From Lepidodermella squamata (Eukaryota; Animalia; Gastrotricha), in contig JBLDXI010000009.1 of the NCBI GenBank assembly GCA_047495785.1, forward strand, positions 2,418,001 through 2,482,000: a DNA stretch of 64,000 nucleotides. Reading direction: 5' to 3'. Below, piece by piece: positions 11,023 to 23,000 of this stretch. Position 1 is the stretch's first letter, and every line of letters starts with the position of its first letter. The notes below the pieces were generated by a model, which ran no database searches, had not been told where the DNA came from, and saw only the letters and a list, made by a program, of their open reading frames with translations. The position numbers and the translations under genes were made by a program.

Positions 11023-14000
11023 ATGCAGCGGTTATCGGAGCGCTTTATGCCGAGCAGCAGCGCCAACCCGGGTGACCGTGGTTCGCCGACCCGGGGCAGC
11101 CCGGCCAAGCGCATCACGAGCAGTACGGTGCCGCAGTCGCAGTTGCTGGACGTTTCATCGGATCGGCCGCGCTCGCCCACCGCGCCGCCCGCCTTAATCG
11201 CAGCAGGCGCCGTCGCGTTAGCGGCAGGTCGGCCGACGAGTCTGTTCACGTCGTTTCTGAAGAAGCAGCAGCAAGGGCAGAATCGCCACAAAATCGACGT
11301 GTTAAGGGACGAAGTATCGTCGGATCGATCCGACGAGGCGACAAGCGACGACGACGACCCGAGTCTGTTTAATATCCGTCATTTTTCTTTAAAAAAAACT
11401 TCCTTAGACAACTCATTCCGTATTTTTGAGAGTACATTGCCCTGGCAGAGCTTTTACTAGTTTAATCGATTTACAATATACCCCAAAAAGTTCAGCTGAA
11501 ATCTTTGATGCATAATTTAGAAAAAACTAGCTTGAAAAAATGAGAAATCCTATTTTGGCTAAATTCAGGTTAATTTTATTTTGTTGAATAATAAATAGGG
11601 CATTTTTTATTTGCAGTTTCACATCGAATAGTTTTAAAGATTTTGTAAATGAAACACATTTCGAATATGATTTTTTAACATTGGCGTCATAACTATTTTG
11701 GATGTGCCCTAAATTCGAGACTCCAGCACTAAATTTCTCCAAAATATGGGTTTTCAGGTTTTCAAGTTTCACGCATTCCTTATAGCTAAATTTTTTTATT
11801 AGGTCACGCTATTACGCGTATTTTGCGTCATTCGCGCCCTAATTGCGAGTTAAGCTTTAGTCTGCTAAGCCGATATCGATTCCAATTATCGATTTTAAAA
11901 ATCAGTGATTTTTCCGATTTCAAAAGTCTTCGATTTCAAAAATAAAATATTCCAGTGAATGGCATCAGTATTGATCAAAAAAAAAAGTTGAAATCGTAAA
12001 AAATGAAAAATTTAGTGCTGGAACCTCATTGCCAAAATTTTGACCTAATTATTTTTTTCTACATATTTCTCATTTTCAGACCACGTGATTCCTGAAATTA
12101 TGGTCGATCATGCCGAGCGATTTTCTTCCCCCTCCCGCAGCCCTAACCGCCTGGGCACCCTGTCGGCGAGCAGCGGTTCCCCGACCGGGGCTCTCACCCC
12201 CACCGCCCCTGCTAACATTGACCGCCAAACCATTCAAGGCCTATCCCACGCCGAGGAATTCATCCTCGCCATCCGGCGAAATGACGCCAATAAGATGCGC
12301 CACATTTTCAACCTCGAGAAGAGCCGTTTCATCATCGACCCTAACAAACGAGCCAGTGCCGCCGGGTCGACTGTCGATATTTCGAAAATCGGAAATTTCG
12401 GCAATAAATTGTACCCGTATGATGTTTACAACGACTCGCTTATTACAGCCGGGGATCGCTCGAAATCGGAGGATCCCTGCATTATCCACTCCCCAGCTGC
12501 TTTACTAGCCTACCGCTGCCCGGTTCATCTCGCGATCAAACATCGAAGTTTGGCGTGTTTAAAGCTGTTACTCGAACAGGGCATCGACGTTAACTACGGC
12601 ACTGACCAACGGGTTCGGTCCCGGAGAGGCTCAAGGCGCAATTCCCGCCGCCGCAGTTCGATATTGCAGATCCTCGAAGACCAGATTCCGCCCTCGGTTG
12701 AGGAGGAGGGCCTGCAAGAACGCGGATCAGACGCGACTACGTATTTGACGAATAATAATACGAGGCGCAAATCGTCACGTGACTCGGCGCGGACGTTGAA
12801 ATTCTGCCGTTCTCTCCCGACCGCGCATTTGTACACCGAGAACCTGCTGTTTTGCCTCCCGCCTCTTTTCCTCGCTGTATCAATGCGAGATATCGAAATG
12901 GTCAGCCTATTGCTGAAACACGGAGCAGATCCTAATGGCAAGTTTTAATTTCAGCTTTTTGGGTCTCAATTTTAGCGTTTTCAAATTTTAATAATGCTTT
13001 TTTTTTAATTTTGAAATTGAAAATAAATCAATTAAATTACCTTGAAATTCGAAAATGGCTCGGTGCCAATGTTTGATTCCGCTAAACGATTATATTCTTT
13101 CAAATTTCAATTAATTTTTTAATTATTTTACAACCCGATAGACCATGCCAATTATTACGGCAAAAGAAAATTATCAGGGGATTGCGACTGATTATTACCA
13201 CTCATTACGAAAATTGAGCGTGGTTATTTTTAGAGCGAAAATATCGATTTTCTGCGTTATTTCGGTCTACGGTCTAAATATACGCAATTAGGCAATGAAA
13301 TTATGAAAGATGCTCTCTATTTTCGTCACCAAAAAGGCAGGTATTAATGTGGCGCATTTGAGGTCAAACGCCCAAGGGGTTCAGCGGAAAAATTCCAACA
13401 TGGAAAAACAATTTACCTCCAATGTCGCTTTAACTAAAGTCTAAAAATGGGAGTTCAGAGTGACCTATTCGAAAACATTAATCATCCGTATTAATTTAGC
13501 CACTCCGGATATTCGCGGCCCTAATCGTTTCCTCAAAAATGTATTTTAAAGTGTCGAAATAAAAAAACTTTATTCATAAAAAGCCGCCCCAGTTTATCGC
13601 GAATCGATAATATTAGTTTATTGTTCTTCCGCGATTTTGATATCGGACATATGACTATAATTTCATGCGACAGCTGGAAATTCGACTTCATAAATTATCC
13701 TGGTTTGGCTCCGGAAATTACATAAAACTTTGGTTTGTAATTTCAAACATTTTCATTTCCAAAATTTTAAAATTTTAAAATCCGTTTATTAGGAGAAAAT
13801 TTCAATTTAGACTTCAGAAATTGTCTGACTCTGGTTTGATCAAAAATCGAACTTAGCGAACAGGTTGAATTCTCCCCAAAATTTGCAATGGGTTTGTGCC
13901 AGTTCTCTTCGTTTCCTACAAAACTGCTTACGAACTATGGGAATAACGAGAAAATAACCCTCAATGAGTCACCTGGGGTCCTAATTATCTCCTTTGAGTA

Positions 14001-17000
14001 GATCGAAACCCCATTTTTACAACTAGTTCATAGCTCATTGAAAAGGCTCCGCAACCTAATGTGTAACGCGCTACACGAGTGCTCGAAAAGTGTCGTACCC
14101 GGGGATTGAACCCGGGCTGCCTTTCTGAGAAGGCACGGCTCTAACCTTTGAGCCACCATGGCCGACACACACTCCGTGTTCGCTTACGCGGTTGTAAGGG
14201 GACCAGGAGGAGAGATGGGAGGTGGACTCGCTCCCTATATAATGGATATTGGTGAAATCGTTTCTCTGTTTAGGATACAGGATATGACCATTAACAGTCG
14301 ATGGATGCCACTCATCAAATACTCCTTTCTTTAATGTTGGAAAACTAGGTACCAAAATTCATGAATTGTCGGATCATTTTTTGCCTCATTTTGGGCTGTC
14401 AAGTTAAATTAATCATCAAATGTCCCATCTTCCACCCAGTTTTTTTTACAATTTTTAAAATGAAAATTGGGTATATTCTCAAGGGAACCTTTAAATAAGC
14501 GTTTATCTATTTTTCAAACCAGTTCAAGACACTAACGGCTCAACCCCGTTACATTTGGCCGCCAGTAAGGAGTTGGGCAGTTACGAATGCGCGATAGCCC
14601 TGATCGAGTACGGCGGCAAGGTGTTGATGGAAAACCACGATGGCCTCACCCCGCAGAGTCTCCTACCCGTGCTGCAACACGAACAGCAAAAAGTCCTCAT
14701 TCGAACGCTGCAATCCGCAAATTTCCACGAGCGGCGAAGAAGTTCCCGCGCGTCGCTACTTCTCGAGCCCCTCCAGGCCGGGTTTAAAGACTTCTTCCGC
14801 CGGCGTAGTGACGAGGGGGTGAGGGGCAGCGTGACGAGTGTCAGCGCTGTTGGCGAACGGGTTCGTCGCTTGAGGCAGGAAAGTATCGAAAGCGAGAAAA
14901 TCCCGAACACCTCAGCCCGTCGATCTGCGAGCATTCGGTCCGCGAAACACCTCCGCCACATGTCCGCAACTGGGGCAACCACCTTAACAGGCCGGTTGAA
15001 GGCCAAAGTCGAGTCGCTACTCGAGTACAAACGGAACACGATTGCTGACTCGGCTAGCATGTCTGGCCGGATTAGCGACAGGGCTAGTACCTCGGCGCAT
15101 CACGGTGGATCGGCGAGGGCTTCGAAAATTTCAACGACTGATAAGGAGGGTAAGGGCAAGGCGGCGAAGGGTGAGAAGACTACGACGCCGTTAGAAGACC
15201 CGGAACAGGCGAAATTATTCGACGTGGCCGAGGCGTCGCTACATTCTTTGATTATGCTAGCCACCAACTCGGAATGCGTTTCTTCCCTAGTCGACGGCCT
15301 AGGTAGCTGCATGAGGGCGATGGTGACACTTGTCGCGAGGTCCGGGGCGTTGCCGCTCGAGAAAAAAATCGGTGAATTATTCCGTCAAATCATTCGAACG
15401 TGCCAGAAGGAGATTCTTAACCCGACTAATCCTAGCTCGAAAAGAGACCAAGCGTGGGCTCATTTGAATAAATTATTCCAGACCGCGATTTCGCTGCTCG
15501 ATGATAAGAATAACATTTTACATTTCGTCGCACTGGCCGCGCTCAATTCAATCGTTGATTTTTGTTTTTATTTCAACGTTTCTCAACGCAAAACCTCGAT
15601 CGCCGGGTTGTGGATGAGCAGCGATGAGACGGACGCGCCGGCCAGTGTTAATTCGCTGACGTTAAAATCGCGAGATGCCACGCTGAGTGCGATGCGGTAT
15701 TCGAATCCTTTGGAGATTTTGTACGATTTGGATCCGAATATCTTACTGCAAATCGTTGAGAAGTGTACGTCGAAGGAGGACATTGCGCTTGCGAAACGGC
15801 CGCGCTGTTGCCCGAGTGCCAGGCAGCGCCAGTGCGGCAATCACTGCATTCAACTGCTAGCTGCTCGACTGCTCACTGTCATGCTCCATTCCACTACGGT
15901 TAGAATTGAGAGCATTTTTTTCATTTTTGTTTTACTACTTTTTTTCTTGTCAATTTTAGGCGCAAAAGCGTTTGATCGAAACGAAGCTCATTCAAAATTT
16001 GGTTGATCAAGTTGATCCTAACCATGATCCTGTAAGTCATTTTCCCTTGGTTTATTTTGAGTGATGCGTAAAATTAAACGATTTTTAATTATCAATAGAA
16101 GAGAGGAATCAAAAACTAAAACCGAAACTTGCGTATGTCACGGTTGCTACGGAAAATTTACCCCTTGCCGAATTCCCGAAATTCGAACTTGAAAATGTTG
16201 TTTACTGCATTTTCATGTCAATTCAACGGATTCCCTCAATGATTTTTGTTGGGTGAATCGGTGTTTTTTCGAGAGCACAAAGCTCAAACCGCAAACTTGA
16301 AGATTGAAAAATGTCGGAGTCTTTGTCGTTTTTTTCATTTTTAAGGAGGAATGCATTATTTTAAAATTATGAAAATTTAAATTCATTAATTTGCAAGAAA
16401 ATTCTCTTCTGGGCATGGCAAACGCTTTAAATTTGGCTCTGACAAGTAAAGACACTTCTTGTTTATCCTTGTTCATTCTGAAAAGTTCGGGGAAAGCCCA
16501 TCTCTCAACTTCTTACCTGTCACTTCTCATGAATTTACCTCATTTTCTAATGTCGGAGATTTCATAAGTGACTTTGAGCGATTGGCAGTCGTTTGATTAG
16601 TGGCTTATCATTAGTGGCATATTATTCTCAAAAATACCCAAATGTCAAAGTATTAATTCTAACTGGGATCCAGGGTTCCTCATTAGGTAAAAGTATGTTT
16701 TCAAATTGTGAAACTTTATAAAATTGATTTGAATGCCAGCGAATTTTGTGTCTAATGAACCAGGGCAGTGCTTACGCGAAAACGTCCGCTGACAAATCCG
16801 GTGTAATCAACCATCGGACATTTATCATGTACTTGGACTTGCTTGGAATTACGACGGCGTTGTTAATTAATGAAATTATCTGTCCAGCTTATCCCTCCAT
16901 CACGTGACAACCAGAGCAAAGGATTTGATTTCATTTATTCTTGAAGTGATTAATTTACTAATTGGCAATCTGTTTATATTTGACTGATTTTGATTTACGC

Positions 17001-20000
17001 TCACAAGGATTGTCGCAAAAAGCCATTTCGAATAATGCTTTCGAGCTTTTTCAATGGAAATCTTTTGAACCTTGCGAGGTCTAAAAATCGACCGTAAAAA
17101 ATTGAAATTTTGTTGCTGAACTGCCTTTGCTTGATTGTCGCATTAGCTACAAGTTCACCTGTTGTACGCATTTGATGAGATGACGAGCTAAAAAATTGTA
17201 TTTTTTTAATTAATTTTATTAAAAAATAATATTTTATTAACCAAGTGCTTTGTCTTAATTTTTTCGAATTTCAATGGCTGATTTCGTTTTTGCAGCACCT
17301 TCTTTGTTTGCTGCTGCAAGGCTTAGCTGCGATAGCCCTTAACCCGGCCTACCACGAGGCGCTCGATCACTGTGAAATCGGCGATACTGTGATGCAGTTG
17401 CTGCTGCCTTCCGACGAGTGGTACTACACGAACCACACGACCAAGTACGCACCCTACGTGAAATACCACGCCGCCCGTATCCTAGTCTACATGGGCGAGT
17501 TTCAAAAGCTGGGCGGGCGAGTCGACCTGTTCAACTTCGGCATCTTCCAACAACAGACCAAAGTCGTTCTACAGGCCAGTGACAGCCAGGAAGACGCGTT
17601 CATCGACCTCATGGCGCTGGGCGAATACCAGCAAATCGACGAAAATACCGGCGAGTTGCGAGTCGCAACTATCGAGTCACTCCTGCTCGAACTCATCCGG
17701 TCTTTTGTGCCTAAGGACCGGCCTGTCCTTAACCAGGCGCAGAGTGCCGATAACGAGGAGTTGTTCGAATTCAACGCTGATAACATTTCGTTCAAAGTCA
17801 ATCGCGTTTTCCCGGTTGTCATTTTCAACATACTACCCGCCCTCATTCACCCGGTGATTTTTCTACGCCTGATCATGCACAAAATTTTTGGCAATCATTT
17901 GAAGCGAAGGCGGCGCCAGTCTGAGTTGTTGCTAACAACGCCGCGGTTTGAGCTCAGTGAAGCGAGACCGCCCATTGGAAGCGCTCGAAATATCATGGCT
18001 CGATTGGGTCTCGATCCGTCAAGGTAAAAAATTAAAATTAAAAATAAAATATAATAAAAATAAATTATAAACTAAAGAATTAAAAGTTAAAAATTAAAAA
18101 TAATTAATTAAATAAAGTTTTAAATAAAAAATCCTCCTTAAAATTTGTAAAAAAATAGCTTTGTCATTTTCCGTTGAAGTAATCAGTTTTATTGCAAAAT
18201 TATATAAAGAGCAAAAAAAAATCGAAATAAAAATTGGTGGCAGCGGTGGGATTCGAACCCACGCCCCCGAAGAGACTGGTGCCTTAAACCAGCGCCTTAG
18301 ACCGCTCGGCCACGCTACCTGTGCGATAATAAACTGCAGCTACCTTAACAAGAGCGGCGCTTTTATCGCTGTACTCATTGTTAATAGAGATAGTGGTGGA
18401 CTATGTTTAATGCGGAGAGCATACCTTAATACTAAATGCACGTAATTACTGCAATGATGCAATTATAGGCTGCCATTGGAAAAAAATATACAGTGGTTTT
18501 TAATGAGGGCCTATTATTCCCGCAGATTCAAAAGATGAATGAAAAAATGTCGAACAAATGAAAATAATTGATATAATTAAATTTACATTTTCAATATTAT
18601 GGTGAATCGATTTTTATTTTTATTTTTAGGAACGGCTCAACTTTTCGTGGTCTGTATCAGGTCACGGCTCAGTTGTTAGAGCCGCTCGATCTCCGCCTGC
18701 CAAGACCTCCCAACCCATATGCTTGTACCCGGTATCACTCCCGGCGTCGTTCAATTTCTCAAAATGACATACCTAACCAACTGCGAATGTCAGTTGAGAC
18801 CGACGGCGGGTCAGACTCGCAATCTGGCCACAGTAGTAAGAAGAAATCAACAAAAGAAGACGACTTGATAAAATTCAAGAAACAAATCACAAATTTGCCA
18901 TGGTTCGATTTGGAGATTCAATACATGGACATTTCGTACTTCGGCAGCCGGCGTGTGTCGATTTCGAATTCCATGCCAGATTTTTCGACGCTCAACCCGG
19001 AAATGTTGCAGTTGAAAGAACGGCAACATGACCTGATGGAACGGTTGTACCCTATCATCGAAATGCCGGCGAATAAATCACCCAGATCCTCGCTGGCCTC
19101 GTCCCGAGAGCACGATGGCGGCGATAATATGGAGCTAGAATCTGCCTCTCAGTTGAATCTATCGATTTTCGCCCATGCTAACCAGTTGGAGATTTCGGGA
19201 ATGATGGCACAGTTGCGACGTAGTTCGCAAGTCGCGCATCAGTGCATTTCACTGAGTGCCGATCCGACGATGGCTCAAACGTCGCGGCGAAGTTCGGAAT
19301 TGCCGTTACTAAGCGCCGCGAATTCATCAGCGACCGGGGTCATTGTCCCACCGCCGCCTCAACCGCCGCCCACTCACGCCCGGGCTATATCCGGCGATCT
19401 CTTGGACGGGTTTTTCGACGACTTCTCGCCCGAGAATTCCTGCTCGTCGCAGTCGTCGAGCGAGTCGGATGATACGTTCCCACCCTTACAGGACTTTCCG
19501 TTGTTTCGAAATCCGGCAATTGCGTTTGATGACGATAAATTCAGCGCGTCTACTTTTCAGCGAAATCCGACTTTGACAACGGAAGTTTCATCGAGTGGCA
19601 ACAACACTACTCGAACTATGAGCCTCGTTTCAGCAAAAGCGGCTGCTGCTGGCAAAGTCATCGATAAAAAGGTACTATCATGGAAATTATTGAATGAACC
19701 ATAATGCAGGGTAATTAAGAGTTGGGGGGGGGGGGTTAACCTTTCAGGTTCGAAGGTTCGAGGTTTTGCATACAACTCTTTTTCTGATCAGCTTTTTAAA
19801 CAAAATTGGATCAAAAATCAATTTCCAGAAAATTTACGACGGAATGACTTTTGTCGTATTTCGATTTTGGACCCCCTAATATCTCTGTAATGATCGAATA
19901 TTGATGAAAAAATTCGGAAAATTTTTAATTTTCTTGAATTAAAAAAATTATAATATATTCTTGATTTTTTCAAAATTTGAACACAATTTCAAGAGCGAAT

Positions 20001-23000
20001 CCTGAAACTCTGTTGAAGTTATAAATGCGCGTCCAAAATTGTCCAAGTTCAGCCAAATGTGCGTTTAAAATTGCCGAAAATCGGGTAAGAGTTGGAAAAT
20101 TCCTAAAATTTGCAAGAAAATCCGGAATCATATTGCCGACCTTTGTTTGGAATTTCGGACTTTTTTGAGCAAAACCTAAGATATTAGCTACCCATCGAAA
20201 TCCAAGCTTGAAAATTTGCATATGCAAATTTTCAGATTTTATCTGGAATTAATAACATATTTTTAGTGCGTTTTTGTGAGTGAAATAATTTCAATTTTCT
20301 GATTATTTTAGAAAGCTAATCGTCCCCGTCTGAAATCGTGGCCACGCATGATTGACGACGAGGAAGAAGACGCCGATTCGAAAAGCGTTACCTCCGAAAG
20401 TTACACAAGCGCAAGGGGCGAAAACGATGCAAACGATGGTGTACCTAGCAAAGACCGGCTATCTGACACTATGGACGAAAAGCAGCGGCTGTTCGAGCGA
20501 AAACTGCGCGACTGGAAGAGATCGGCCCGTGGGTTGAACTCGAAAAGCGTCGAAACCTCGCGCGCTGTCAACGAACCTCGCCCATCTAAGCCGCGGAAAA
20601 GCGTCAGTTTGAACGAAAAAGACGTTGAGCAAGACACTGAACTTGCTCGTTTCATCCAAAAGCACAACAGATCCGACGCAGATGTGGCTAGTCAAACCAT
20701 GTCGGCCATGTACCACAGCGTTGAGGAGCATGTTGAAGCTGAACGGAAACACCGATCCCTGCCGGGTAATATCGAAGAATTCATCGAAGCGAGACTGAGA
20801 CGTCGCTCGAAGACAATGAGCGATAATCTAGGCCAGGCTTGTGCCGAGCGGAAAGCGAGTTCTTTATCAACCAAGGACAAAATGACTAAATTAAGGCGGA
20901 GTTTTTCATGTACTGTAAAATCTCTCCACATCGCTGTAACCGAGCGGAGGCGAAAATTGTCGATTGTTCAGGATGAAGATGGTAATCCTGGGGCGTTGGA
21001 TGACGATAGATTGCGTTTAGTTGGCCGGAAGAAGCGAGCCTCGATCGCCCAGGCCCGATCCGGGTCGGCGAATGGTTCGGTGACCAAACCGTCATTCGAG
21101 CCTCGATTTTCGCTGTGTTCAATCGGCCGCTATATCCGCAAGCGAGTGATTCATCGCATTACGACTAAAAATTCGAAAACCTCGAAAACCTCGTCCTCCA
21201 CGTCGAAAACGGATAAGAAATCAGTGAATTCGAGCCGGAAGACGCTGTCGAGTTTTTGCGGGTCGAAATCGAAAACAGGGCGGAGTCGAAGTGCGGATTG
21301 GTCGATGAATTCGGCCAAATCGCAGGCGACATGCGGCGGGTCGCTTTGGGAGCTGGATTCCAACGAACCGCAGTTGTACGACGTCGAGGAGGATGGCGCG
21401 ACTACGGCTGGAAATTCGGATTGCAGGTCGAAGGCTCAGAGTGAAATGCTGGCGAAAATGGTACAGCAACGCCGAGTATCTCGGCCGACCCTTCTAAGAT
21501 TGCGGGTGAGCATTATCCATAAATTTTTGAATTATTTTAATAGACTATAATTTATTTTCGAATTTAAAATCAGCAAAATATATCAGGGTTTTAATGTCGA
21601 AAATTTCAATTATCAAACTAAATTCAGCCTGTTCGCCAAGTTCGAATTTAGGCCAAACCAGTGTCGGATAAGTGAAGTCAAATTTTTGCTTGTCGGATGA
21701 AATTTTGCCCCCTAGTCCTGATACAATTCCTCATTTAGCATTGAAAATTTTTCATTTTCAAAATTTCAAAATGTTCCCACAGAAATTCAAAAAATTTGAA
21801 ATTGAAAATGCATGCTTTGAACCAAAATTTCCAGTCCTGATGTTTTAGGCTGATTTTATTATTTTGCTGTAGCCTCTGCTGGTTAAAAGCGGGGTCTTTA
21901 ATTTTGAAAATTTCAATTTAAAATTGTTGAAATTTCTGTGGGCGAATTTTGAAATTTTTGAAATTTCAATGCGAAATGCAAAATGAAGAATTTAGTTTTT
22001 TGGCCAAAAATCAAACTGGGCGAACTGGCTTAATTTTTCCCAAATTTTCAAGTGTTGAAATTTTGTCGGATTCCCTCGATTTCAAGTGCTCTACCAACCA
22101 GCCATAAAAAACTGCTCACAAACTATACTATAGTAATAATGAATAAAAGTCACGTGGGGTCCTAATTATTTCTGTAGAGTTGAACAACAACCGGTTTTCT
22201 TGACTAGTTCGTAGCTCATTAAAAATCACATGGGCCCTTGGCGTGCGTCTTATCTGACCAGTGATCCAGTATGGATTCCTCCAATAATTTCGTATTCCTC
22301 TCAATTTTAGGGCATGAAAAATGACCGACAGCAGTTTTTGACCCGATTTCACGAAAGCGTCGACTCAGCCGAATCAGCGCCGGCGCATTGCAACTGGCTG
22401 GCGAGCGGCGGCGATCGAGGCATCTACCGCAGTAGTCAAGACGGCGACTGTCTAAGCGACGATGACGACGACCTGTCGTCAGACGGCGACGACGACGCCA
22501 TAGTCGGGGAGGGTGACACGACTTCGGCGGTCATGGACATGAACGGCGCCATGCTCGGCCTGCAAATGGCGGCACGCATGCACCACCACCGCGGCCGCGG
22601 CCAGCGCCAGATGACCGCCGAAGCCCTGTTAGGCAGCGGCAGCATCGGGTCTAACGGCGTTTTGGTCGCTACGTTAAACTCCCGCGGCAATCGGAAATAC
22701 CTGAAACGGGGTGAAGTGCCGCAATCAGCCGAGGACGATAGCCAGGTGCCGATTTTCCGATTCCAGGGCGCTACCCCACCCGGCAGCCCGAAAACGCCCC
22801 GACATTACTCCTCGAAATCAAACGCCAGTACGTCAACAACTTGGTCAGGGTCCTTACCTATGATGGCTGCGTTGTATAAACCGACGGTCGATCGCCACCG
22901 AAGCGAGATTCCAGAGGAGCACATGGCTGTTTTCCAGCTGTTAGACCGATGGCTATGTACGAACCCAGCCGATTTGAAGATGACCTTTGCCATGCGGACC

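Noticed and set aside
14090-14168. Selenocysteine tRNA
   Set aside because: No long variable arm or extended acceptor stem, and the loop is 8 nt.
18161-18445. 94-aa ORF containing GGSGGIRTHAPEETGALNQRLRPLGHAT
   Set aside because: It is the antisense translation of the tRNA-Leu gene.
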